Shown: positions 1 to 12,128, counted from the first letter of the stretch. The stretch is 64,000 bases of DNA from Narcine bancroftii (GCF_036971445.1 NC_091480.1:80786001-80850000), one strand, 5' to 3'. Program-made: numbers and translations. Notes: generated by a model from the sequence alone, not told the origin.

Positions 1-122
1 ACCTCGAACGACGCAGGTGCTTACCACGGTCAGAAGTAGAATGCGTGTAATAGTCAATCCCCTAAATTTTATCCTAAAATTCAGTCCGCAAAATTCGACT
101 AGTACAAGCTTATGTATGGTAG
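1..122. mobile_element. Terminal fragment of a non-autonomous Tc1/mariner (pogo/Tigger-like) element, in the last ACLY intron
   Basis: cttaccacggtcagaagtagaatgcgtgtaatagtc...tatgtatggta closely matches 61282-61382, the end of a second copy in this window. Confidence 0.55.
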
Positions 123-247
123 GTTGGTCAGAATAGTCCTTTTCTTTGCAGACTTCTACATCTCAATAGATGTGTTTGTATCACAACCTCCCCATCCTCT
201 CCCAATACTTTTGGTTACAGGCACGCTTTCATTTTTTTTTGTTGCAG

Positions 248-342
248 GACACTATCTGGATCAAAAGCGTTTGAAGCAAGGACTCTATCGACACCCATGG
301 GATGATATCTCTTACGTTTTACCGGAACACATGACCATGTAA
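248..342 (+). CDS. ACLY: ATP-citrate lyase, final coding exon
   Basis: Polypyrimidine tract and ttgcag acceptor (AG 246-247); translates (G)[30 protein letters not shown], matching the ACLY C-terminus; position next to KLHL11 as in human. Confidence 0.96.
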
Positions 343-1870
343 ATATTGGAATAGCTAGGAAGGGGTCTTCTGCAGAAGCATCTCCCCAGTCCCATTCAGC
401 CCACCCCAAAGGTGTCTTTTACATTGCTTTTCTTTGCACTGAAATTCTTATTAGGGAGGGGAATAGGAGAGGATCACAAAGGAAGAGGGGAACCTTGCAG
501 GTCTACAAATTGTTCAAAAGGTATGCTTCGCAGAAGGTTGATGCACCTCTTTTTAAGAACCAATTGTACACGCATTCTGCTGTTGGATCTATGAGGATGC
601 AGGTGGAGCTGGTGTCAGACTGGGTGTGAATGTACGCGAAGTGCATAAGATCTGGAATCTACTGTATGGTATGAAGAGAGCAAAGAAACAGTGTCATCAG
701 GAGTCCTTAATCTGCAATGCCATTGCAGAATACAGCAGAACCCAAATAGATTCTCTTAAATTATTTTCATGAAGTTTCCCAGAGGATTCCTCATTTCCTG
801 AGCAATATTTAACTGTATTGGGATGGGTTTTTTTCTCAAGCTACAAACTGGATATCTGGAGGGGTGGGGGGAGGTGGGATGGTGTGTGGGGTTAAGCCAC
901 TCCCAGCTGCCAGAGATAAGAGTGTTCAAGCTGCAACTTGAGCCATAAATAACTTATCCCAGTTATCTACCTGGGAAAAGTATCAGTACCTCACTTTGCA
1001 TTTGCCCTTGCGCACTGTGTTTCTTTTGATTCATTGCATCAAATCCTGTGGGCTGGGAGATTTGGTGAGGGCAGTGCTTGGTCGTTTTTCTCCACTGTTG
1101 TTGTCAGCAACTTCATGTCACAATTTAATAGAACTTGAATGTAATAACCTATATATTTTAGTTGCTAATAACCAATAGATATTTAACATTTCCAGGATGT
1201 TCCTTTGTTTGCTATTTTGATGCAGGTGTTAGATGATTTTGTGCAGCTAAGTATCTCCACTGAAGTAGTAGACAGTGACATATTCTGCAAGTGTTTGCTG
1301 ATAATTATGCAGTGGATTTTCAGGCTTGCACGTAGCTCAAGTGTTCACAGAGATCTGCTTTGTTCACTGGAGCAATGAAATCAGCTCAGCCAGAGTGATG
1401 CCTATTTCTCTCTGGGATCTGCTGTACAACTTCAATGACTACTTTGCTGTATGTAAATTCCATATACTGTAGTAACCGTGTTGATGTGCTGCTCTCTGTG
1501 ATGTATGAATTGTCTGTTTTACAATTATAAAATTGGGAGATTGGGAATGAAATGAAATTCCTGTTAAGGAACAGCAGGAGTCTTCAAAAGTAAACTTTTA
1601 CTATCTTTTATTTTCAAACCCCAAGGATACCATGCCTCAACCTATAACCCCAAAGTGTATCTGTATCTGAGTATAAATTACAGTATGTAACTTATTGGGT
1701 TTTGCTTTGTCTGTGTGATTTATTTATCTGGTGCTGCCTGCCTGTGTGTGTAGGGTGAGCTATTGGATTTGCATTCTTTGCTTCAAATACTTTGTAGATT
1801 GTAGGTCCTTGTAGAAATAGATCAACTGAAAAAATATTCTGCTATTGAAGCAATTAATGCAAATATCAGA

Positions 1871-1876
1871 ATTAAA
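1871..1876 (+). terminator. Candidate ACLY polyadenylation signal (ATTAAA)
   Basis: ATTAAA in the TE-poor region downstream of the stop; no canonical AATAAA noticed earlier; unconfirmed. Confidence 0.25.
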
Positions 1877-2639
1877 AATTATCATCCTAGTTCTGGGAGA
1901 GTTGATTCTTCCTTGAAATTATACTTGAAAACCGGAAAGCTTAGGCCCTAAACCTTTGTCACTGCAGGGATGGTGATGACATTGGCCTGTTTCTTAAAAA
2001 TGGATTTAATATGTATTAACTTGTATCCTCTTGGAACAGTTAGATTTCAGACCTGAGCTGCGAGAGTCCCTTGTTATATTCTCATGCTGGTCCATGAGAC
2101 ACCTGAGACCTGGAATTTTGTGGCTCTTGTACACTGTAGTACAGAACACTTGATTGATGATCTTGGTTCCCTTCCTCCCTTACACACTACTTTAAAATTA
2201 ATAACTAATGTGGTTACTCGGCAGGGATACGCTCTCGTTCTCAGTACAGTTTCCTTTGGATCTAGAAAACACAAGCTTTCTAAATCTCTAATGCTTTTGA
2301 GTGTTGTCCATGGTTGTGTGTAGATTTGATCCTTTATTTTCCTTATTTCGATGGCTTTTCTTGGCCCTCTAACTGCTGATCTAATTCGAAAAATGTCTGA
2401 AAGGAATTTCACAGCCTTGCAATTGATTGATTGGCACAGGACATAATCCTGTCCACAGCAACGAAACATGTAAACTCGTCCTATAGAATTAATTTTCCAA
2501 CCAATACACTGAGAAAGAATAACCAGACAAATCTATCTTTACCACAACTAAGTTGGGGATGGGAAAAGGGAGGGAAGAACTTTCACCTTTCAAATTCTGG
2601 TTCTTTAAATATTGAATTCTAATTTGAAGTTGGTGTCTT

Positions 2640-3640
2640 TCAGAAACAGCTTTGACATCTCCACTTGCTTCACCCACTCCAACCTTATCCCCCTCGAACT
2701 GCGCAGCTCTCCGCTCACTCCACACCATTTCCAACCCTGTTATCAAATCTGTAGATGATGAGAGTGCCATTGTGATATGGCAAACTGACCGCTACCTACA
2801 GAGGCTAAGCCTTGTACCTATCCCCACCAATGAACACCTGGCCACAGTCTTCCAGACCACCACAGATAATATCCCTTAAAATTGCCCTCTAAGCTGATCA
2901 TGTCCAAACCCTATACTGTCTGTTTCTGTCCCCTACCCAAAATCAACGAACTAGTTTTCCCTGTAGACTAATCCCAAGAACTTGTGTCCTCATACCATGA
3001 CTTTCCTGTTTTTTCACCCTCCTTCCCTCCGCCCCCCCCCCACCCAACTCTTGCTAGCTACACTGGCACACCTTCCATGATTTTAATGACTGCTGACTGC
3101 CTCACTTTATCATGGATGCCCAATCACTATACACCTCCATCCCCTTTCAGGAAGGCCATAAGGCCCACCATTTTTAACATAATTGTAACCAGTTCCTATC
3201 TATTATCACTCTCCTCTACTTGGATCTTTGTTCTTACCTGATCACTTCTTATTCGGTCTGCTCTATAAATCAAAGGTGAGCCCATGGACACTCACTTAGG
3301 CTCCCACCAGCCTTTCTTTGTTTACAAGGCACAGTCCTTGTTCCTACTCTGGCACTATTCCCAACACCTTTTCTGCTTCACTGACAATTGCTCTGGTTAT
3401 GATGCCTTCACCCATGCTGGACTCATCAGTTTTATAGATATTTGTGACTAACTTCCACCTATCGTGAAATTTATTTGGACTAATTCTGGCCTGCTGTCCC
3501 CTTTCTGGAGTTAAACTATACACTGACATTTCACCATAAAACCACTGACTGTCACAGCTACCAGGATTCCCACCCAACTCTTAAGGGTGCTCGCCCTTTC
3601 TCTAAATCTGTTCTCAGGATGCGGCTTTCTGTCTCAGAAC
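2640..3640 (+). mobile_element. Decayed Penelope-like retroelement (RT region)
   Basis: Degenerate coding remnants (LRSLHTISNPVIKSVD..AIVIWQTDRY) resembling the IKPADKG..VVV motif of PLE RTs; many stops and frameshifts; boundaries approximate. Confidence 0.5.
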
Positions 3641-3649
3641 ATGAAATTC

Positions 3650-3882
3650 ATGGTAGGGTGGCACGGCTGGCGCAACACTTTTAGAGCATCAGCGATCAAG
3701 ATCAGGGATCAAATGTTTGTAATGAGTTTGTACATGCTCCCCATGTCTGCATGGGTTTTCTCTGGGGACTCCGGTTTCCTCCTCCTGTTCAAAATGTACT
3801 GGGGGTGTAGGTTAATAGGGTTTAACTTGGGCGCCACGGACTTGTGGGCCGAAATGGCCTGTTACAGTACTGTATGTCTAGA
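3650..3882 (+). mobile_element. SINE (V-SINE/HE1-like)
   Basis: Core gagtttgtacatgctccccatgtctgcatgggttttctctggggactccggtttcctcc and tail ctgtatgtctag; related copies at about 10000, 46600, 59535, 60395 and 63440. Confidence 0.7.
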
Positions 3883-3949
3883 TTTACTGAAATTGCCTTC
3901 TGCCTGCTGTAAGGCAAACCGAGTCACCATTAGTGTCACCTGGTGTCCC

Positions 3950-4295
3950 TTAAAGTACAAGAGAAAGAGAAGCAGAAAAGAATCTCATCAGAGTCACTGA
4001 GTGACTGTGGATATGGCTCCAGCAGCTCCAGCAGCTTCTGTAACTGCACGGAGTCCTGTTCAATCCATTGCCAACCCAAGCACCAGATCCAAACCTCTTG
4101 ACGTGATCAGGAAGCCTCCAGGTGCTCAAGGTCCTTTGGGAACCCTTGCCCTCCACACTCGCTCGAATCCTGTCTCTGATACGGCTTCCTGTGAGCCAGT
4201 CTCCGGCAGCCCACGCGGGTTCCCCTATGCACAGCCTGTGTGGGTCCCTCAGCTGCTGAGCCCCTAACTGGTCAGCTGCTCTGGTCATCATCCTA
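3950..4295. repeat. Interspersed repeat, unclassified (copy 1)
   Basis: Colinear similarity to 33620-33945 (agagtcact..gtggat; gagccagtct; gctgagcccct.actgg..gctgc..tggtcatc). Confidence 0.55.
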
Positions 4296-4790
4296 TAGGG
4301 TTCTTCTCAATGGGGGAAGTGTTCTTCCTGTTTCTGGTACTCTGTGCCAGTCCGCTGCTCCCCAGAGTAGACAACCCCTCATTGTTGCTGCACAGCACAA
4401 CTGCCACCATCTTGGCAGACTTGTGGTTGTGAAATTTTTGTTTAAATACACTGTCAGCTCCTCCAATAGGCCATTTAACGCCTGTACTGAATTGCTGGCA
4501 TTAGGACTGGGAGGAAACCATTCAAAGCAGTGCTGTTTCTCCACTCTCCTGAGTCCACAACAGTGACAGTGTTGCCATTACAGCAGTTCTAACAGCCCCA
4601 CTACTTTTTTAGGAAACATTCCTTCCACCATGATTGATGGAGCCTTAACCCACATCTCCATTTCACACTCTTGTCGCCTTGCCTTTTGCCTTTCCCCAGA
4701 AAGAGAAATAGAGTTCCCTTAGTCCTTGCCTTTCCTTCTACAGCCTCCATATTCTTCGACATTTCTGCAGCACCAAAACATGATCTCCCC

Positions 4791-5801
4791 TGTTACGAGC
4801 CCAGAGGACCCCAAACCCCAGCAGCAATAGATGTTCACCAAGACAAAAATTACTAAAACAAAAGTTGCTTTTAATTATCTTTAAACTTGAAAACAGGATC
4901 AAACTTTAACTTATTACTATTAACTTAACTAACCTAACTTAATATCCTTCTAATTCTAAGCGCATGTGTATGTAATGTGTGTATATGTTCAGAAAAATTA
5001 TTTAATTCACGGTCCAATCTCACTTCTCATTCCTCCAAATTCACTGGTTGCAGGCGATTCTTAGACTGCGCACAGAATTTAACATTTATGAAGTTCACCA
5101 AGCTTTGGTGCTTGAAGGGTAAATGGTTATTGGTCAGGAAAGTTCTTGTTGGTTTTCAGAGAGAGATTTGTTGTTTGCTGGACACTCACAATTGACCTTT
5201 TAATCAGTCACTTCAGTGTCTTGCCGAAAAAAAACTTGCCCCATCAGGGTTTTCCAGATGATAACCTCTTTCAGGTCACCACAGAGTTCCTTTTTGTTTC
5301 TCTTATTTCAAGTGAAACATTAGGCAGCCAGACCTCTCCTCTTGCATGAACCACAAGGGCTTTGACCAGGCTGAACTAAGCACTCAAAACCTATCTTCCA
5401 AATGGGGTTTTTCCACAAGCTTGCCAGCTTGTCCTGTTCCAGTCCCAGCTGTTGCTGCTGACTGTAAAACTGATCTCTCTCTCTCACGCACGCACGTTTT
5501 ACTCTCTCTGTTTGCAAAACCACATGACCGTCTTAGAACAGCAAATTCCAGTCCAGACTGCCTGCAGCTCCGATGAGTTCTTTCACCTTTTGTCTTTTTG
5601 TGAACAGCAATCCATTAGTGAAGACTTGGGCACTCTCCAAAGCTTTTGCAAAGGCTCTTGGAGCCACCCTGTCTAGTATGAGCAGAGCTCCAGTATTTTA
5701 AATAAGATCTGTTTTAAAATGTTTGTATGTGACCCACTGTAAAAAAAAAAAAAAACCTGCCCCAATTTATCTCCCAAAAAACATTTCTATAATCTGTCAT
5801 A
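4791..5801 (-). mobile_element. Solo LTR, about 1.0 kb, Gypsy-like
   Basis: Starts tgttacgagccc, ends ctgtcata; flanked by CCCC on both sides; reverse-complement homolog of 21014-22041. Confidence 0.75.
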
Positions 5802-6385
5802 CCCCCCACCCTCTCCCAAACTCTGCCCATCAGCCACATCTTCCTTTCTCAAGTCCTATCTGTTCCTACATCTCATCTGTCTCTTTCATCCTGGAACTGA
5901 AACAGCCCTTTCACATGAGATAGAGATTCATGTGCACCTCCTCTCAACATTAATGAGACCAAGTTTAAACTGGGCAACTGCCTTGCTGAGCACCTATTCT
6001 GTCTGCATTGGCCATTTGCATCCTCTGGTTGCAAGGTATTTTTATTCACCTCTCTGCCCCACACTTACCTGTGTGTAATCTGCCTCCTCCTCTGCTACAT
6101 CTGGACTTAGAGGAACACTGGGTAGTCTGAAAACTAATGGCAAGGACAAAGCATTCTCCCATTTCAAATAATTTTTTTCCCGACCCTCAGCCTGTTGATG
6201 AGTTTCTCATCCATCACTGATTCTGCTTGCCCATACATTACTCCCACTGTTCCTCTAATCCATTCCCCCAACCACTTGTTCAAATTCAAGTTTATTTATC
6301 ATCTGATTGTAACAGTACAAACCAACGAAACAGCATTCATTCTCCAGTCCACTGCGCAAACACATATAGACCTAGACAAACTATA

Positions 6386-6570
6386 CAGTAAAAGTCTGAA
6401 AATCAGGATGCCGGAAACCGGATCCCCAAAAATCCTGACTTCTCGACAACTCACGGTTTTTGTCTGTGTGCCTGCATTGCACCACAGCTGAACTACCCGA
6501 GAATCTGGGAAAATTTGAAAATCCAGACTGACCCAGTCCATGAGCTGTCTGAATTTTAGGACTTTTTCTG
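6386..6570. mobile_element. Tc1/mariner (Tigger-like) MITE
   Basis: TA|cagtaaaagtctgaaaatc ... aattttaggactttttctg|TA: imperfect TIRs with TA flanks. Confidence 0.65.
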
Positions 6571-6681
6571 TACTTGTACTGATGCAGCCGGTGAGGACAC
6601 TCTCAATAGAGATCCTGTCAAAAGTTGACAATGCCTTCCTGACAAGTGAGATGTATGTTCACGATAGGTCACATCTTAAGT

Positions 6682-7056
6682 CAGTGGCTTTCAAACTGCC
6701 CCCCTAAACTCATTCCACCTTAAGCAATCCCTATACCATAAGTGCTCTGTGATTAGTAAGGGATTGCTTAAGGTGGGGTGTGAGTGGAAAGAAAAAGGTT
6801 TAAAAACCACTGTTTAATTGTACATAATTGACTCGTTATGTGCACAGTTTCTTAACTCTAAAGGAAATGGGCCAATGACAATTTTTTTCTCAAGCAAAAT
6901 ATTTCAATAACTATTGAGTCTTGAGCAGTGGTTCTCAACATTCCCTTCCCACTCACATTCCACTTTAAGCAATCCCTTACTAATCACAAACCACTTATGG
7001 CATAGGGATTACTTAAAATGGAATGTGAGATTAGGGGGGCAGTTTGAAAACCACTG
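6682..7056. mobile_element. hAT-type MITE with internally repeated palindromic subunits
   Basis: TIRs cagtggctttcaaactgcccc / ggggcagtttgaaaaccactg; 8-bp TSD tcttaagt/ccttaagt (7/8 match). Confidence 0.8.
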
Positions 7057-7879
7057 CCTTAAGTGGACAGTCATCCATTCATCACCATACTTTCTTAGCA
7101 GATGCCTGCCTGTTTTTTACTCAAACCTTGATGAAGGGTTTTGATCCATTACATTGATTACTGTTTACTTAATTTGGATGCTGCATGACCAGCTGAGTTT
7201 CTCCAGCACTTTTGAATATTGCACAGCAATCACAGTCTGCAGACTTTCCTGTTTAATTCCATAACCTGCAGTCCTTTGTTGTCTCCACACCTCATCTTCA
7301 CCTCGTCAAAATCTCACAACCTCCACCCTTGCCCACTTGGCTCCAGCTACCCATCATCTCCTCCTCACCTGGATACACCTGTTGCCTGCCAATCCCTGCC
7401 ACATTCCATCTCACTTCCTTTCTGTCTCCGTTCTAAACACTCAGACCAGATGCAAGGTGTCGAACTGAACCGTTGACTGTTGTTCCCTCCCCAGGTGCTG
7501 TCTGGCCCACTGACTGGAAGTTTTTTTTTTGCTCCATGCTCTCCAGTATCTTCAATTTCTAGTGACCATCATGGTTGATTCTGACTGTATGCTAGATTAC
7601 CATCCACCTACCGGAATAGTGGGACGCTGCTGCAAATGAATCTGATCTGCCTGTTAAGAAACACACTTATAAACTCAGTTTGACCTTTGTGATTATTAAA
7701 CTTGTTACTTTTAATGTTTTCAGAGAATTTTAATTCTGAAATAGCAGTGAAGCCCTGCTGACTTTTATGACGATGTAAAACGAGACTTGTCTGTATCTGA
7801 ATAAACATAAACTAAATGGCAAACATGCAACAGCCAGGGTGTACGTAGCTAAATCTTGCAAGGAGGAATAAACAAAATT

Positions 7880-8380
7880 CGTTGTAATGGGACAAAAACA
7901 TTACCTACGTGAACCTTGTTGCTGCAGAGAGATTATTAGTGTTTCCCCTTTGTGTGCTCAACCCGCTCCTGTTCACGCTGTGATCATGACTTCAACCCCA
8001 GACCCAGCTCCAACAGTGTCACATTTGCAGATGACCAACAATGAGCTGAACTACAGAGAAGAGGTGGAAAATGGTGGAAGAGTAACAAACTGAGCCTCAG
8101 CGTGGATAAAGCAAAGGAGATGATTGTGGATTTCAGGAGGGCCAGGAACGACTACCCTCCACAACACATTAATAGCTTGGAGGAGGAGAGCACCAAGTTC
8201 CTTGGAGTCCACTTAAGAAGTGACCTACCCTGGACACATTACATTTCCTCCCTTGTCAATAAGGTGCAACAACAATGAATTTCCTGAGAAGACTGAGGGG
8301 AGCAAGGCTACTGGCCACCATCGTGTCACCTTTAAGCAGGAGCTCTATCAACAGTATCCAAGCCAGCTGCATCACAGTGT
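7880..8380 (+). mobile_element. Decayed LINE 3' fragment (Rex1/Babar-like)
   Basis: Remnant of the KTKEMIVDFR motif (aaaggagatgattgtggatttcagg) plus FLGV; same family as 8790-9350. Confidence 0.55.
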
Positions 8381-8789
8381 AATCAAGTCACCTTTTTCTC
8401 TTTATTTTAGTTTGTAGGGGGTTGGGGGGGGGATGAATAGGAGGTTTTTCTTTGTATTTCTTTTTGTAAAATACCACGTATTTGGATTAAACTTGAAATA
8501 TTGTGATATGTTTGCAATGTGTTTTTATTTTAAATAAAGTTTTTTTTTAAAAGTCACTTATTTAGCATTCATACCATGTTTGCACGGTAAAAATGAAATG
8601 GCATTTCTCCAGAACCACAGAGCAGATTTACATAAATAAAAGTTGAGATAGAAATTAAACATATTAAATATTAAGATGTATACTGTAAGAGTCCCCAGTA
8701 CCAAGGTACTCTATGTGCAAATGTTCTGGGGGAAAAAAAATGTTGCCCAATCTGGATGTAAGGACTGCAGTACCTTGTACCAGAAGGGA

Positions 8790-9350
8790 GAACAGTTTAC
8801 ATGAGGGGTGTGTGGAGACCTTCACAATGTTTGTTGCCTTTCACCTGCATTGAGTGTTGCAGATGTCCCTCATGGTAGGAAGAGAGCCCCCAATGATCTT
8901 TTCTGCTGAATTCATTAACCTCTGGAGGGTCTTGTGGTCCGAGGTGGTACAGCTTCCAAACCAGGCGGTGATGCAGTTGCACAGGAACCTCTCAATACAT
9001 CCTCTGTAGAATGTAGTGAGGATGGAGGGTGGAAGATGAACTTTCCTCAACCTTCGGAGGAAGTAGAGGCACTGCTGGGCTTTCTTGGCTATGCAGCTGG
9101 TGTTAAGGGACCAGGTGAGATTCTGCGCCAAGTGCACACCAAGGATCGTGATACTCTTGACCTCAATAGTGGAGCCATCAATGGTCAGCGTAGCAAGGTT
9201 CCCCTGGGCTCTCTTGAAGTTGACAATCATCTCTTTTGGTATTTTCAAAATATTCAGATACAAGTTATTGGCTGCATCTCATCTCTGTACGCTGACTCGT
9301 CATTCTTACTAATCAGGCCCACCACAGTCGTGTTGTCAGCGAATTTCACA
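8790..9350 (-). mobile_element. LINE RT C-terminal fragment (Rex1/Babar-like, DUF1891-type tail)
   Basis: ORF 8841-9263: KEMIVNF..LGVHL..NLTWS..KKAQQCLYFLRRLRK..ILTTFYRG..CITAWFG. Confidence 0.8.
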
Positions 9351-9999
9351 GTTTTGGGTTGCTGTAGAGAATTGGATTAGATGTTGATCCAGAGGACGAT
9401 AAAAGCTGTAGGGGGGATAACTGAGGTCTCGCTTCCCCTTCCCACCCCCAAAACGAAGTCATTGTTTAAAGAGAGGTTGCAAAATCTTTTCAGCCCATCA
9501 AGTCTGCCCGCACTTTAATCGTAAGCTGATCAATTTTCCCACTCAGTGCTAATGACCGGCCTTCTCCCCATGACTCTTGATGCCATGGCTTAACAAGAAC
9601 CTATCAATCTCTGCCTTAAATACAACCAGCTGTGGCAAAAAAAATTCCACAGATTCACCACCCTCTGGCTGAAGAAATTCCTTAGCATCTTTGTTCTAAG
9701 TGGATACCCTTCAATCCTCAAGAGATAAAGAGTATTAGAGCCAGAAGCACCAGGTTGAGAAACAGCTTATTCTGACGGGTAGACTGAATGGCTGCTACAG
9801 TCCTAAAACAACTCCCTGTGGGCTGGGACTGTACTATTTATTAATATTTAAGTTTAATATAGACATGTATATAGGTTCTGTATGTATGTATAGTTTGTCA
9901 ATGTGTTATGCCTGTATGTACATTTGTGCTGTTTTTGCAGCATAGACTGAAGAATGATGTTTGTTTGGGTTGTACTGTTACAATCAGATAGTAGCGATC

Positions 10000-10210
10000 A
10001 TTGGGCAGCTTGGTAGGCATAGAAGTTAGTACAACGCCATTACAGTGCCAGTGACTAGGTTATCAATCTGACGCTGTCTGTATGTTATCCCTGTGTCTGC
10101 GTAGGTTTCCTCTGGGTGCTCCGGTTTTCTCCCATCATTCAAAGCGTACTGGGGGGTTGTGGGCAAAAGGGGCTGTTATCATGCTGTACTCTATGTCTAA
10201 ATTTAAATTA
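10000..10210 (+). mobile_element. SINE (V-SINE-like)
   Basis: ccctgtgtctgcgtaggtttcctctgggtgctccggttttctcccatc core; tatgtctaaatttaaa tail. Confidence 0.65.
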
Positions 10211-10214
10211 TAAA

Positions 10215-11060
10215 TCATTGGGGGATCAGAGGTGGAGAGGGTGAGCAAATAAGTTCTTGGGATTTACTACCTTGGAGGATCTTTCCTGGACCCAACACAC
10301 TAATGGCATTGTGAAGAATGCACGTCAGTGCCTTGACTTGCAGAGGTTTAGTATGATACTGGAAACACGTGGTGGAAGGGTGCTGTCCGGCTGCATCACA
10401 GTCTGGAATGGGGACTGTATCTAAGCCTCTGCAAAAGGTACTGGACATAGCACAGGACATCACAAGCAAAACCCTCCCCACCATTGAAAACAACTACAGG
10501 GAACACTGCCATCGCAGAGCAGCAGCTATCAAGGATCCACACCACCCAGCGCACGCTACCATCAGGAAAGAGGTAGAAGGGCCACAAGACTTCGCACCAC
10601 CAGGTTCAACAAGAAACTCAATCAGGGACTCTTACTTGTGCACTTTATTGATTTTTTTTCACACTATATTGCAGTTTATTTACATGTCTATTTGTTTACG
10701 TGTGTGTGATGGTACACCACTGGCCTACTGCAGGGGGCAACCTCTGTACCTGCAGAAGAGCATGGGGACAACACCTGGAATGGACCAAGCCCCACCCGGT
10801 AGGGTGTCAATCACCCTCCAGGTTATAAGCCTGAGCCAGCCCTTCGAAGTCACTGTCAGAGCTCCCAGCAGCACAATCTCATCGCTGGCTCTGTGGAGTT
10901 TTACGTCGAATAAAGCCTGTTGTAGTCTTTTGGTTTTGTGTGTTTGCTTCTGACCGACAGCACTTTGTGTAGTTATTTTTGCAGGACCAATAAGTGGTCA
11001 TTCTGGCTCACCGGCAGAAAAAAGAATCTCAGGGTTGCATGTGATCCCATGTATGTAAAA
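10215..11060 (+). mobile_element. Rex1/Babar-like LINE 3' end, interrupted by a short LTR
   Basis: LQKVLDIAQDITSKTLPTIEN..IKDPHHP remnant; 3' UTR aagaatctcagggttgcatgtgat also at 31255; same family as 30720-31300. Confidence 0.7.
10704..10965 (+). mobile_element. Short solo LTR-like insert
   Basis: Starts tgtgatggtacacc; TATA-like ttataa about 10823; AATAAA about 10909; interrupts the LINE 3' UTR; ends approximate. Confidence 0.45.
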
Positions 11061-11197
11061 CCGTGGTTGAAGTAAAAACAGAAAGCGGGAGAAACTCAGC
11101 AAGTCAAACGGTGTCCTTGATGTTGCAAAGATACAGTTGCTCATCAAGCAACTTTTTATCAAGGAGGCGAGTGGAGCAGGAGACGCAAGGCGGCCCG

Positions 11198-11226
11198 TGA
11201 CGTCAGACGCAAACGTATTGACGTGA
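11198..11226 (+). promoter_or_regulatory. KLHL11 promoter: palindromic CRE (TGACGTCA 11198-11205) and TGACGTGA (11219-11226) at the edge of a CpG island
   Basis: Motifs read directly, 36-64 bp upstream of the ATG; CpG-rich from about 11160 to 11720. Confidence 0.6.
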
Positions 11227-11261
11227 GCGGCGGGCGTGGAGGACGCGCGGTTGGGACAGCG

Positions 11262-11626
11262 ATGGCGGCCGTGTCGAGCGCCGACGCCGAGGACGACCAG
11301 TTCGACTCGAACACCCACTGCGTTGAGCTTGCCCGCCGCCAGAACGAGCAGAGGAAGCGCGGCCTGTTCTGCGACTTGACGCTGTCGGTGGGGGGCCGCG
11401 ACTTCCGCGCCCACCGCTCCGTGCTGGCCGCCGCCACCGAGTACTTCGAGCCGCTGCTCGGCGGCAATTTCGAGGAGTCGCGCTCGGAGCGGGTGGAGAT
11501 GCGCAAGTGGAACTCGGAGCCCGGGCCCGATCCCGACACGGTGGAGGCCGTCCTACAGTATATGTACACCGGCGCCATTCGCGTCTGCACCGGCACAGTC
11601 CATGAGGTGCTCGAGCTGGCGGACAG
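11262..11626 (+). CDS. KLHL11: Kelch-like protein 11, exon 1 (BTB domain)
   Basis: gcgATGG context; [55 protein letters not shown] matches KLHL11; donor AG|gtgagg, phase 2. Confidence 0.95.
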
Positions 11627-11685
11627 GTGAGGGCTCCACGGGGCGGCCGGGCTTGCCAGCCAGTGCTGTGCGAGCCTGCACTCTT

Positions 11686-12128
11686 CCCCATTGGTCGAGG
11701 GGTGCGCAGGGGTCCTCTAATTGGTCGGGAAGGGTTGAGACGTCCTTCATTGGCTGGGAGGTTGAGGTCCTCTGCGGGGCGGGGGAAGGGTTTCTTTCAT
11801 TGGTGGGGTGGTTAAGGCAAGGTCTTTTCATTGGTCGTTGCGACTGAAGGGGTGTGGTGTTTTTATTGGTCGGGGGTTGTGGATGGTGAGACTGGAAAGG
11901 TTGGGGTTCTTTTATTGGTCGCGTGTTGGGGGAGGGGTCCTTCCATTGGTCTGTGCGACCCGTTGGAAGGGGTTCTCTCATTGGTCGAGATGGTGGGTTG
12001 TCGGGGCGCCCTTTCATTGGTCGGGGGAGGGGTTTGTGGAGGGATCCTTTGGTCAGTGGGACAAGAGGGGAGGGGCTTTTCCATTGGTGTGGATTGGGGA
12101 GGGGACAAGTGGGTACTTCAACATTGGG
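11686..12128 (-). repeat. Degenerate array of 13 ATTGG (CCAAT on the minus strand) motifs
   Basis: ATTGG at 11690, 11720, 11749, 11799, 11830, 11865, 11914, 11945, 11980, 12016, 12083, 12093, 12123; seven are ATTGGTCG. Confidence 0.85.

Noticed and set aside
10369-10953. 194-aa ORF upstream of KLHL11
   Set aside because: Chance fusion of a LINE tail and an LTR-like insert.
11686-12128. CRISPR-like repeat-spacer appearance of the ATTGG array
   Set aside because: Conserved core is only about 8-10 bp, spacers are low-complexity and irregular, the context is a vertebrate intron, and there are no cas genes.
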